From: Octopus vulgaris
Lineage: Eukaryota
Direction: 5' to 3'
DNA length: 64,000 nucleotides
Assembly (NCBI GenBank): GCA_951406725.2
Contig: OX597820.1
Span: 6,200,001-6,264,000, forward strand
The position numbers and the translations under genes are program-made. Below are positions 1-12,800 of this stretch, one piece after another. Each line of letters opens with the position of its first letter. Position 1 is the first letter of the stretch. The notes below the pieces were generated by a model, which ran no database searches, was not told where the DNA came from, and saw only the letters and a list, made by a program, of their open reading frames with translations.

Positions 1-405
1 TTGGGTATGAGACGCATGTCTGCCAAGTTTGTCCCAAAACTGCTTTCAGCTGACCCAAAAGACACTCGGTTTTCAATTGCACAAGATATCCTTGATTGTG
101 TCGAGAACGATGAAAACCCTTTGAAAACTTTGTGTAAGCCTCTGAGCGGGTATCAATAAGCTTTTGGCAAAATTTGATACAGATTCTCTGCTCAGCTTTC
201 TCTGTCATGGTCAATGCAACGATCACACGCTACACACCTTCCTTCCAAGCATTGCTGTAAACAGTGGAAGTGAGCTAGAACGCTAAAACTTAATGCACTT
301 ATACAATAGAGTTCAAGGTCAATCTCTGCCAACCGACTTTACTCTGAGTGCTTTAGCTTCGTTATTATGGCAACAGTGCGGATACTTATTGATCAGAGCA
401 CATGT
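1..405. mobile_element. Mariner-type non-autonomous relic with an inverted copy of the 5' end (continues left of the window)
   Basis: Plus strand 1-130 reads LGMRRMSAKFVPKLLSADPKDTRFSIAQDILDCVENDEN (mariner WVP-linker region). Minus strand from ATG at 208 reads MTEKAEQRICIKFCQKL (mariner N-terminal HTH). A TIR-like CGGATACTTATTGATCAGA lies at about 379-397. Confidence 0.8.
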
Positions 406-560
406 TAAGACAGAAACTTATTTCAAGGTTTGCTGTTGAGATTCGCTGATCCAGAGACCACATCAAGGTTTTTGTATTTGAGTTGTGAAACAATATATAG
501 ATTACAGTGATGTTTTATATACATTGTTATAATTTGTTGCTGTTTCAAATGCATTTATGC

Positions 561-1620
561 ATTCAGAAAGCATCTGTAGCATTTGAGAAGCAAATTGCAG
601 TGTAACAAAGACCAAGCCGAGCATTTACATAGCTTGCGTTACTAACGGTTCGATTGTACTCTTCTGAAACGAGGACAAGACGGCGTAGGCATCTCAAGTT
701 GCTTGAGCGCTTTCATCTAAACTCTTTGTGACACATACTCAGCATCAAGTGGCTAAGTAACAGATCTGGCACATAAGTCCTTGCAATGGCAGGATGCACA
801 AGCATCCAGTCCTTAATTATATCTGCTTAGATGCATCGGGCAGGCCATGTTGTGCATATGGAAGATAAAAGGATACCAAAGCAGCTGTTCTACAGTGAAC
901 TGTGCACTGGAAAGCGTCCTCAGCAAAAGGACTTGAAAAATACACGTAGACTGCATAAAAGGTCCCCTAAAAGAACTGCAGATCAATGTAAAGAACTAGT
1001 TTTGGAAAGAGCTAAGAGCTAAATGGAGGGAGCGTATACAGGAAGATTGCAAACCTCCTTTTGAAGGGGGTTGCATTGAACACAAAATCCTAAATTGCTG
1101 GTTTTGGAGGCGCTTTCCTCAGAACTTCAACAAGAACAGAAAATGTTCTTTTCTACTCTAGGCATGACATTTTGAGGGTGGGGCCCAGTCGATTAGATCG
1201 GCCCCAGTGCACAAACGGTACTTAATTTATCGACCCCGAAAGGATGAAAGGAAATTTCGACCTCGGCGGAATTTGAACTCAGTGCGACGGGCGAAATCTC
1301 TCTAATCACTTCGTCTGGCGTGCTAACGTTTCTGCCAGCTCGCCGCCTGGGGACATAAACTGTTAGAGGTGGGAAGTATGTTGCCATGAAATCATTTCCA
1401 AGGCTGGGTATGTCAACCATCTGAAGTCCTACGAAAGATCAAATGTATACAACGTCCTTCCTCTTAGACAGGGTGATTCGACGTGTGGAGTATGTGAAAG
1501 GGCTTGCAAGTTGGTTTCGTGCTGGAAGACACACGTGGCCGTTCACAGGAACATATCTCACAGAGTAATCCTATCAGTCCAGTGAAAGTAACAAGCTTCT
1601 TCTATCACCTATGCTTCAAA
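561..1620 (+). mobile_element. Degenerate RTE-clade LINE ORF2 C-terminus with C2H2-like zinc fingers, interrupted by a SINE
   Basis: Frameshifted IQKASVAFEK..LYSSET..LKLLERFHL..ILSIKW..RAGHVVHMEDKRIPKQLFYSELCTGKRP. After the SINE it reads ISKAGYVNHLKS..CGVCERACK..KTHVAVH. Confidence 0.8.
1146..1347 (-). mobile_element. tRNA-derived SINE, family D
   Basis: Reverse complement starts GGCGGCGAGCTGGCAGAAACGTTAGCACG, has B-box-like GAGTTCAAATTCC and central CCTTTCATCCTTTCGGGGTCGATAAATTAAGTACC. It matches the copy at 28424. Confidence 0.85.
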
Positions 1621-3008
1621 TAGTGCAGATCTGCAGTGGGCCTAAACAGTCACCTGAGAGGTCAAGGACGGAAGGCCGGAAATGTATGTATGCATGCACG
1701 AAGGCAAAAACATCACCAAAGCTGCTGGCAGAATCTTTAGTATTCTTAAAGGTATTTCGTTCGTCTTCATGCTCTGAGTTCAAATTCCACCAAGGTCGAC
1801 ATTGCTTTTCCAGTTCAGGTTCCACAAAATAATTATGAGTAAAGTACGTGTACTCTCAAAATGACTGCACACCGTAGAAATTGCTGGCCTTGTGCCAAAA
1901 CTTGAAAAATATATATAGATCAATGCCTTAGATTTAATCATGTGGTGAGCAGCTGTCCGAAAATGTCAGTAAAGTAGGCCCTTCCTATGTGCTGTGGTGC
2001 CCTCTAAGAGTGCCTGTGTGTGCGGGTCTGTGTGTGTTCACACCATTCAATGTGTTCTATATTTCTCTCGAATGTTCTCTTTATGTAAACAGTTCTGATA
2101 TATATTTATAAAAGCGCGTTTGCATGTGAGAGTATATGTGCGTATATGCATGCACATACATACATACATATATACTCATATGTGTCTACTCGCACACACA
2201 TATATGTACTTATATTCTTGGGATTAATAATCTGATACAATCCACCATTTTATTTTTTATTATGAAGCACACTATTGTTATCCGCCATGGCAGCTGATAA
2301 GAATAAGATCCAAAATTTATGGCGAAGGAGACCTCATATGCACGATTGTATAGCATAAGTACGTATAAGAAATATTTATGATATCATTTCCAGCAGCTCA
2401 CGTGAATAGAAAGAGTTCACAATTTGATATTCCCGAATGTGTTCCTCAACCTTTATTAATGTTACATAATCAATTTACATTATTAGATTATCACAACGAT
2501 TGAAAACAGAGATTAGATGCAATTTAATTTTTCCATTTCACACACCGCACGTAAGGCGCGTTTTATTCTTACAGATTTATGGTAAATTCTGAATTCCTTC
2601 TAAATTAACAAAACGTTTTCTTCATACCAAAGATATCATAAAATATATTTCCTGGAAGAAAGTGACGTTTTTTTTTCCCCCTTCGAATTCGTTTTCTGTG
2701 TAACAGTTGTCTGTTTTTCTACCTGTAAACCACAAAAGAGTAGAATCGGTGCCACTAAAACGGTATTGTGTCGATTCGTTTCTTCGTATCAGACTTTGGT
2801 TCCACCCTTAATGGAGCACTAATACCGACGTTTTTTCAACGATTTTATCACTAGCAGTAAAAGACAACATGGTTAAGTCTATCTTAGAGTAAAATGATTC
2901 CATGGTTCGAATTATATACCGGGCAATATTTTTGTTAAACTAATCAACATTTGTTCGGTCATAATATGTCGATACACGCGCGCGCACTCCCAAGCACACA
3001 CACACACA

Positions 3009-3088
<80 letters not shown>

Positions 3089-3917
3089 GAGGCTTTCTTA
3101 TTGCATGCGTGCATCAAATATAGGAACAATCGTAATTCATGAGCCAGTAAGTTGGTTCGACTCATTAGAAATGGCGGTTATCGTCCTAAACATTCGCCCT
3201 TGTGTTGCTATAAAGAAGAACTCAATAAGTGCTGAAGTCCTACGGGATACGCACAAGGTGAATAAGGGGAAGCTATGTTGACTATATACCCAGTGATGCT
3301 GTAACGGCTTAGCAAGTAAAACAGGGCAGGGCAAAAGAGGTTTTACTCTCCCTAGCTCTTAAAATCTTTGCAGGGAGTCTTTTATTGAAGACATGCCATC
3401 AACAAAACTACAAACGAAAGGAAAGAATGCGCCAACACGAAACATTTGAATGTAAATTATTGTTAAAACGTTTTAAGTAGTAACAAATCTTCCTCCTCCT
3501 CTCATCAGCACCACCGCCGCCACCACCACCACTACCACCATCACAATCACCACCACCACTGCTACTCAGTGTGCTAAAAAGCTAAACAATAGTTTCTTCC
3601 AGCATGGACCAATAACCAATCATCGACAATAAGGAACATTTCTTAACTGACAGGAAGTTGATATCAGCTGTAACCCGCTGACCGGAAGTTGATTTCTACA
3701 TTAAACCGGTGTCATTTTAATAGCCTTTGTTTTCACACAACTTCTTAGCTTTCTCACTTTCCACACATAGAATAATACTATTTACATACATCCACCATAG
3801 TATGTACATACATACATACATACTTAAACATGTATGCGCGCACACACACACACATATAAACGTATTCAAATGTCTACGTATGTATATCAATGCATATAGG
3901 TACACGTATAAGCTGTG

Positions 3918-3978
<61 letters not shown>

Positions 3979-3980
<2 letters not shown>

Positions 3981-4182
3981 TGAGAAATGAGGTCGCCAGA
4001 ATTTTGGAAAACTAATTTTTTTTAAATGTAGTCATTATTATTCGCGTTTTTCGAACTTGTCAAATAAAATTTTCTTCTGAATGTACAAACAAGTTCGAAA
4101 AACGAAAGAAAGCGGTAATAATGAGGACTAAATAAAAAATAATATTTGTCCAAAATTCTGACGTCCTCCTCTTTTTTCAATA
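3979..4182. mobile_element. Fold-back MITE-like element
   Basis: GAGGTCGCCAGAATTTTGG (3989) pairs with CCAAAATTCTGACGTCCTC (ends 4168). Inner CGTTTTTCGAACTTGT pairs with ACAAGTTCGAAAAACG. Confidence 0.7.
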
Positions 4183-4240
4183 TTCAATATCTGTACACCA
4201 TTTCTAACACTCTATACACCCACCACATATAAATACACAT

Positions 4241-4272
<32 letters not shown>

Positions 4273-4369
4273 GTTCATGTACTTATGTGTGTATACATAT
4301 ATATAAATACATATATAAATATAATAAATATGATATATATAATAAAAATAATATATGTGTACGTATATA

Positions 4370-4782
4370 GGCGCAGGAGTGGCTGTGTGGTAAGTAGCTT
4401 GCTAACCAACCACATGGTTCCGGGTTCAGTCCCACTGCATGGCATCTTGGGCAAGTGTTTTCTGCTATAGCCCCGGGCCGACCAATGCCTTGTGAGTGGA
4501 TTTGGTAGACGGAAACTGAAAGAAGCCTGTCGTATATATGTATATATATATATGTGTGTGTGTGTGTTTGTGTGTCTGTGTTTGTCCCCCTAGCATTGCT
4601 TGACAACCGATGCTGGTGTGTTTACGTCCCCGTCACTTAGCGGTTCGGCAAAAGAGACCGATAGAATAAGTACTGGGCTTACAAAGAATAAGTCCCGGGG
4701 TCGTTTTGCTCGACTAAAGGCTGTGCTCCAGCATGGCCGCAGTCAAATGACTGAAACAAGTAAAAGAGTAAAAGAGTAAAGA

Positions 4783-4785
<3 letters not shown>
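4370..4785 (+). mobile_element. Full-length SINE, family A (tRNA-like head, CORE-like TTGGGCAAGT, internal TA/TG microsatellite, GAGTAAAA tail)
   Basis: GGCGCAGGAGTGGCTGTGTGGTAAG..GGTTCAGTCCC..GTGCTCCAGCATGGCCGCAGTCAAATGACTGAAAC followed by AAAAGAGT repeats. More than 10 related copies occur in the window. Confidence 0.9.
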
Positions 4786-4837
<52 letters not shown>

Positions 4838-5096
4838 TGTGTGTGTGCGTGTCTATCTCCATATAAATGAGTGTGTGTATATAGATATTTGATTAGAAAA
4901 TAAGAAGTCCACTTGACTTCCACCAATGAACAATCGTAATTTGGAGTTAAATGGTTGGCAATAAGAAAAGTGTATAGATTTCTTTAAAAATATTGTGCAA
5001 AATATTCTGAGAAAAAGTCTTGTTTTCACGACAACTAAACACACACACAGAGGTGTGTATATGGTAACTTGAGCTACGACAGGTAGCAGCCAAATC

Positions 5097-5194
5097 TTGT
5101 CCTGAAATTTTCGTTGTGTCTTGCAACCTTTTCAATAGTTTTGAGTCAAAATCTATTGAAAAGGTTGCAAGATTCAACGAAAATTTCAGGACAA
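5097..5194. repeat. Near-perfect 98-bp palindrome
   Basis: TTGTCCTGAAATTTTCGTTG-TG-TCTTGCAACCTTTTCAATAG-TTTTGAGTCAAAA-T-CTATTGAAAAGGTTGCAAGA-TT-CAACGAAAATTTCAGGACAA. Confidence 0.9.
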
Positions 5195-5631
5195 TAAAAA
5201 CAAGAAAAAAGTGGACATTTTACCGGTGAGTGTGTTACATAATAAGGCACAAAAAGAAAATAACTCTCCCCAGACACAACAGAAAATGCTAATAAAGTTG
5301 ACGGTATATCTTCGAAGTTTCATTCCCTGGTAAAACTTCATGTATTTTAAACATCTTTTCATTATGCTCTATCCAACACAAAGACGGTTCAGGCAGAGCT
5401 GCCTCCCTTAGCTAAAGACCTCAAAATTGTGCGACCTGGCCTAGTTTTTCAGGTTATATTTCTAGTAAAAACAAAAAAGAGTTGTCCAAAAATCACTTAA
5501 TTTAGGAGCCGAAAAATCACTGAATCTTTTTACACCACATACTTCAAAATCGGCAGCTAAGTTTTCGAATCCATAACGAACATACGCACACCCACTGACA
5601 CACACAAACTCCGTTTTATATATTAAGATAT

Positions 5632-5633
5632 AC

Positions 5634-5718
<85 letters not shown>

Positions 5719-5719
5719 T

Positions 5720-5756
<37 letters not shown>

Positions 5757-5843
5757 CAGATATATAGATAGACAGATAGATAGATAGCTAGATAGATAGA
5801 TAGACATAGATAGATAGATAGATAGATAGATAGAGAGATAGAC

Positions 5844-5916
<73 letters not shown>

Positions 5917-5943
5917 CATAGATAGATAGATAGATAGATAGAT

Positions 5944-6022
<79 letters not shown>

Positions 6023-6026
6023 TAGA
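5632..6026. repeat. (GATA)n microsatellite
   Basis: About 390 bp of GATA repeats with few interruptions. Confidence 0.95.
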
Positions 6027-6438
6027 TGTGGTAATCAATTACACTCAAGTATAATAAAGTTAGGATGTCACTAATTGTTTCAGGTTCCTATTCATTAGTC
6101 TATTGATTAGGCATAGAGACACCTCCATAACTCTAACTCTTAAGCTAACGAAACAGCAATGAAATAACAGCCGAGGGTTACAAATGGCCATAGCAACAAT
6201 CGGTTGGTCCATATTCCTTATTTCCAGTAGAGTTGGCTGCTAGCATCGTGAATTATGCTAAGTTCAAGGATACAACACTTCGCTAAGGCCACGAATCGAA
6301 CCCATGGACATTTCCCCCGTCAGCTCAACGACGAAATCACCAGTCCATTCACGAAGTCGATTAGAGTGTTTATATTCATACGCACGTACATGTATGTATA
6401 CATGCACATGTGAATTTTCTTGTATGTATGTATATGTA

Positions 6439-6995
6439 GGCACTGGTGTAGCTGTGTGGTAGGTAGCTTGTTTCCCAACCATAGGGTCAGGTTCACTACC
6501 AATACGTGGCACCTTGGGCGAGTGTCTTCTACTACAGTCTCGAGCTGACCAAAGCCTTGTGAATGGATTTCATAGGTAGAAAGTGTAAAAAGCCCGTCGA
6601 TCGTTAATTTAAAATAAAATAACGATTTTATCAAGTGGCCAACATGGAAAAAATAACCTTCAAAGGTAATAATAATCAAAATTATAAATTAGGGTATCTA
6701 CGAGATACCACCATGCTGAAAATAGCAGCCATGATCTGACATATCTATATATAAGTATATACACATATATGTGTGTGTGTGTGTGTGTGTTAGAGTCTGT
6801 GCTTTTCCTCAGTTCTGCTTGACAGCCGGTGTTGGTGTGTTTAGGTCTCCGGAACATATCTGTTCGGCAAAAGTACGGATAGGATAAGTACGAGGCTTTA
6901 CAAAACTTTATAATCAACAGGGTTGATTCCTTTGACTAAATTATTCAAGGCGGTGCTCCAGCATGGCCGCAATCAACTGACTGAAACATGTAAAA
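6439..6995 (+). mobile_element. Diverged SINE family A with about 150 bp inserted at the internal microsatellite
   Basis: Head GGCACTGGTGTAGCTGTGTGGTAGG and tail GGCGGTGCTCCAGCATGGCC. Extra sequence lies at about 6600-6750. Confidence 0.8.
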
Positions 6996-7039
6996 TATAA
7001 AAGTTACAAAATATATCTGCGTGTGTCACTATATACATA

Positions 7040-7175
7040 TGACGGGCTTCTTTCAGTTTCCGTCTGCCAAATCGACTCATAAGTCTTTGGTCGGCCCGAG
7101 GCTATAGTAGTGGGATCGAATTCGGAACCATGGGGTTCGGAACCAAGTCTCTTACCACACAGCCATGCCTGCGCC
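7040..7175 (-). mobile_element. SINE family A, 5' half
   Basis: GACGGGCTTCTTTCAGTTTCCGTC..CTTACCACACAGCCATGCCTGCGCC. Confidence 0.8.
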
Positions 7176-7399
7176 TATGCATGAGTATATATATATATAT
7201 ATATACATATATACACACACATATATATACATGCACACACACATATGTATGTATGTTTACACAGACGTATACATAATTAAATTAAATGCATGCATAGATG
7301 CATTTATAAGGACGAGAGTGCTTGTACGTATACATTTGGAGGCGTCTGTATGTGTGAATATTTGTGCGTTTTTCGGTGTGAATGTCTGTGTTTGCGCGT

Positions 7400-7441
<42 letters not shown>

Positions 7442-8043
7442 TGATTGTGTGCTTGAGTGCAAATGCGCGCGTGTGTGTCTCTGTTGATGTGAGTGTTCAT
7501 ATTAGTGTGAACTAAAATATACTGCAAGAACCCTAGATAAATGGTAAATGAGAGTAGCGAAGACAAAACAGGAGAATGCTTTGAAGACAACACAACAACA
7601 ACAACAAAAACAACAACAATAACAGCAGCAGCAGCAGCAGCAGCAGAAGCAGCAGCAACAGCCGCCAAGGCAGCAGCAACAGCAGCAGCAGAGAATATAT
7701 TTGAGAAGATTCAAAGAATGAGTTCATGAAGAATGAAAATAAAATATTTTTCAAAATTATTATCATTATCATTATTATTATTATTAATATTATTATTATT
7801 ATTAATATTATTATTATTATCATTATTGTTATTATTATTATTATTATTATTGATAAATTTGTTGTTGTTTTTGTCAGTATTGTGCTTTTTATTGTAAATT
7901 ATTAAAATTTCGCCTCAGTCAATCGATGGTGTTTTCTTTCTTTTTCTGTCTTCTCGTCCTTTTTCTTCTTTTTAAACTTTGGATAAATTACATTTTAACA
8001 GGTGTTTACCCAACAGTATGGTACGGTGTCGGCGAACATATAT

Positions 8044-8093
<50 letters not shown>

Positions 8094-8099
8094 TATATG

Positions 8100-8482
8100 T
8101 ATTTATATATTTATGCATGTGCACATACACATATAAAAACATGTATATGTGTATGCATATATATATATATATATATATTATTTGTATATACATATTTGTG
8201 TACATATATATATATATATATATATGTGTGTATATACACACACAAAAGTTCAGCTGTGCGTATATAAATGTATAAAACAATAGAATCATTGGTGTATATA
8301 TTTATATGAACAAATATATATGGTTATGTATGTATGTATGTATGTATGTATGTATATATATATATGTATATACGCATATATATGTATGTATGTGTACATA
8401 TATGTATATACATATATATCATATGAATACATATACATTCATATACATAAATATATATATATATATATATAGATATATATAC

Positions 8483-8519
<37 letters not shown>

Positions 8520-9446
8520 CATATATATATACATATATATATATATACATATGTATATACATATATATATATACATATATATATATACATATATATATAT
8601 ATACATATGTATATACATATATATACATAAACATATATACATATATATGTATATACATATGTATATACATATATATACATAAACATATATACATATATAT
8701 GTATATACATATGTATATACATATATATACATAAACATATATATATTTGTAAATATATATATATATGTATACACATGTATGTTTGTATGTGACTGTATGC
8801 AGGTAGGTAGGTGAAAGTTAAGTTCATTTACCGTGTTGTGTGATGACCGATTTGAAGTGCACCAGAGATTGTGGAAGCAAACCGGAATGACATTGCTACA
8901 TCCGTGTAGAACACACACACACACACACACACAGGGGAAACTCACATGCACGCACACATGTTTTTACATACACGCACACACATACACACACACACACACA
9001 TACATACATATATATATATGTATATATACGCGCCCACAGACTTATAAACACATGTGCATTTGTGTATAGATCAATAGGTAAACTCTTTTACGAAGGTGGA
9101 TGAGTTTGGAACGAGAAACTACAGCAAAACAAACAAAATAAACCATAACAATAACAAATAATAATAATAATAATAATAATGATAATAAAGAATAAAGGAT
9201 AAATAAATGAATATGGAGATGAAACAAAAGAGAAAGCGGAGGCACCGAAGATGGGTCTGCTGCAGTTGTGGTGGTGGCGGTGGCGGATGGTTTTAGTTGT
9301 CGGAGTTTGTTGTTATTATTCTAAGATATCACATCTCTGCTTTGATGTCGGCAGCTTTACTACCTTTCCTCTGCTCTCGTTTACCCTATGACTTCTGTTT
9401 TAGCAGTGTGCACGGATGTATGTATGTATGTATGTATGTATGTATG

Positions 9447-9515
<69 letters not shown>

Positions 9516-9547
9516 GTTTATATATATATATATATTTATATACATAT

Positions 9548-9596
<49 letters not shown>

Positions 9597-9797
9597 CATA
9601 GGTTTATATATATATATATATATACATATGTTTATATATATATACATATATATATATAGGTTTATATATATATATATGTATACATATATATGTATGCACA
9701 CATGCATATACATATTTACATACGCATACGTATATAAATGTATATATATATATATAATCTATATAAACATATACATATATACACAGATATATATATA

Positions 9798-9844
<47 letters not shown>

Positions 9845-10049
9845 GTACATATAAACATATATATATATATATACAAATACACATGTGTATACACATAAAT
9901 ACATATATACACTCACATACACACACGCATATCTTTCTTTCCTCTCTTCTTTTTCTAAATACTAAGTTTGCTTTTACTTCTCTCCGTTTCTCTCTCTTTT
10001 TTTTCTGTTATGCACTCTGTGTCTCTCAAATGACCCCTTGTCAGATACA

Positions 10050-10080
<31 letters not shown>
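8100..10080. repeat. Degenerate TA/CA/TATG/TG microsatellite fields
   Basis: Long runs of TA with CATA/TATG variants. The ORF-track YI/HT/CV runs come from these. Confidence 0.9.
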
Positions 10081-10105
<25 letters not shown>

Positions 10106-10168
10106 CGTGTGTGTTTGTGTGTGAGTGTGTTTTTGTGCATTATACGCACACGAAGCAAATTAAATCTT

Positions 10169-10531
10169 AACAAGAGCACTGAGAGAGCGCAAACCCTCGC
10201 CAAGGCAACACCAAGGTCCTCTCAACGATTAACCGGAGAGGAGTTTTAGAACGAGAATATCTGAAATAAACTCGACTACTATCACAAACGAGAATACTGA
10301 AATTGAACCCGGCCACTTTAAAAAATTATGTAAAAGAACCGGATAAATAATCCAGAATCCTTTTCCGGTGCCCCATCGATCCCAAAATCTAATCAGTTTG
10401 TGCCAGTCACGAGGCCAAACATCCCTGAAAGTTTCATTCGAATCCATCTAGCGGTTCTTGCGATATTTTGTTCATGGACAAACAAGCATGACTGAAAACA
10501 ATACCGCCGCCTTCGTTAAGGCGGAGGTAAT
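10169..10531 (-). mobile_element. Helentron-associated non-autonomous element (HINE/DINE-1-like)
   Basis: Terminal hairpin ACCGCCGCCTT-CGTT-AAGGCGGAGGT (10503-10528). A degenerate subTIR ACCCTCGCCAAGG (about 10193-10205) sits next to a short stem-loop GCACT-GAGAG-AGCGC. Both ends are T-rich on the minus strand. Confidence 0.65.
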
Positions 10532-11102
10532 ATAATGATGTGTACCTCTTTTAGAAGCTCCTTTACACTACAGGTCGAATGGTATTCGCTGAGGGATTTT
10601 TTCTAAGAGAAGAATAATATTCTCTCTTGAAACTTCGTTAGAAAAATGCCATTGAACCGAGTTTCAAGTGACTCCATCATACGCGAAATTTTGGTCTGAT
10701 TCTGTCTCTTCTTTGGCAGATGTTGTCTCGGATATGTGTACCTAACTTTGCTCAATGTATATTTATATTGAAAATCTACCTAGAGAAAATATCTTCTCAA
10801 AGTCAAAATCTAGTAACTAATCCCTTCTACCTATTAATTATTTTAAAATTTGGAAGTAAATATGAATAGGTTCGGAGATTCTTGTTCTCTTCTAACGTTT
10901 TACGCGTCAACTTGGGATTTGAACGAAAATGTTAGAGGACGGTGGAATTATTGGCGCGTTACCTGACATTTTTCGAAAGAGTTCAGACTTTCGGAATAGT
11001 TTGTTTTGCATCGGAGGACAGATTCCTACACCCGCCCTTCATATACACACAAACATACAAACATATTCAGCTGTTTCGGAATTTTCAGCTTCTATATCCT
11101 GA

Positions 11103-11417
11103 TCTTTTACTCTTTTACTTGTTTCAGTCATTTGAGCACCGCCTTTAAACGAGCAATTCGACCCCGGGACTTATTCTTTTGTAAGCCCAGTACTTATTCT
11201 ATCGGTCTCTTTTGCCGAACCGCTAAGTAACGGGGACATAAACACACCAGCATCGGTTGTCAAGCAATGCTAGGGGGACAAACACAGACACACAAACACA
11301 CACACATATATATATATATACATATATACGACAGGCTTCTTTCAGTTTCCGTCTACCAAATCCACTCACAAGGCTTTGGTCGGCCCGAGGCTATAGTAGA
11401 AGACACTTGCCCAAGGA
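11103..11417 (-). mobile_element. SINE family A, 5'-truncated
   Basis: Near-identical to the reverse complement of 4445-4780, with a short deletion in the tail. Confidence 0.9.
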
Positions 11418-11803
11418 GTAATTCCCATTTAAACTAATAATTGGTGCACGTGGGTTTTTTGAGTAAATGTGCAAGTGACAACCATTTTAAGCTCAGGTTT
11501 TCAGAAAAATAAATCAACCAACTCGCACATTAGAAATGCAATCTGTAAGCGGAACAGTAAAACTATGCAAGACTTTTTTCAAGTTCAAAATGTGAAATTG
11601 TCTTCGTTACCTACATTCCAAAGACAGAACTTTGCATTTTTGTTGGAATCTAGCTCTTTCCTCAGATAAAGAATTGAAATAATTAAAGACAGAAGAAAAC
11701 GTACATACAGATAGACATACAGACACATACTACTGTTTCGTTAAGCTAAGATCAACATAAAACGTATTCCATCCAGCGAGAGATAAATATCATTTACTGT
11801 ACA

Positions 11804-11926
11804 CAGTACAAAGATACGAGCTTCTAATAGTTTCTTGCCTTGGTGACACGTGTCTAAGCGAGATTTTATATGACGCCTTGGAGACACAAAAGCGAGCAAC
11901 TGTTAGTAGCTCGTATCTTTTTACTG
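11804..11926. mobile_element. Small MITE with CAGT termini (Tc1/pogo-like)
   Basis: CAGTACAAAGATACGAGCTTCTAATAGTT pairs with AACTGTTAGTAGCTCGTATCTTTTTACTG, followed by TA. Confidence 0.7.
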
Positions 11927-12800
11927 TATGCATTAATTGATGTATTTGTGTGTACACACACACATACACATACGCGCACGCATACATACAGGAAAATGAG
12001 TTGCCTTGAGGGTATAAAATAGATAAAAATGCTGAAAGTGCTGTTTGATGAACATCCACGTTATGAAAATTCACTTACTTTAGTGGTTTTGGAATTCCTT
12101 AATTTGTTCGATTTTCAAAAATAATGAAATATGGAGGGGTTCAGTGCAGATACTTTGTGCTGCGATTCTTCTCTTGAAGGTTTCAAATTTCTCTGACGGT
12201 TTCAAATTATAAGCATTATTATAGTGACCTCAGATCTTCTGTTAGCTCTTCATGTATGTGTATGCGTGCTTGTACGTATACATGTGTGTATATATATATG
12301 CATGTGTATATGTATAAATATACTTCAGTATGTATGCATGTATACTCATATTTACTGAATAGATAAGAGCCTAACATCCCGTTATCGGGTCTGTAGATTC
12401 GATTCCACGAAACGAATCTCTGGGCAAGCGTCAACCGAATTCTCTTGAATATAATATTTGTTGACGGGATCTGTGTGAACGTGTTTCGAACAAACTGCGC
12501 CTGTCTCGAGGTGAGGTTGAAGTTAATCCAACGCCCGATTCGCGTCTTGTTTCTGCTCCTTGGGGGATTTTTTTGGGGGGGAGTCTAGTTTGGTGTAGAT
12601 ATCTGCACAAATTATCTAACCTGAGAACAACTCGAAGATTGAAAAACTTCACTCCCTGTTATAGAACTCATAAATTCTGAGGCCCTTACTCGTATCAGGG
12701 ACTGAGGTTTCACAATAAGATATTGGAAGGTTCTCTTCGTCATTTAACTAAAAATAAGATCAATGAGATGAAATTAGAAAAGAACAGTTTCTCTACTTAC

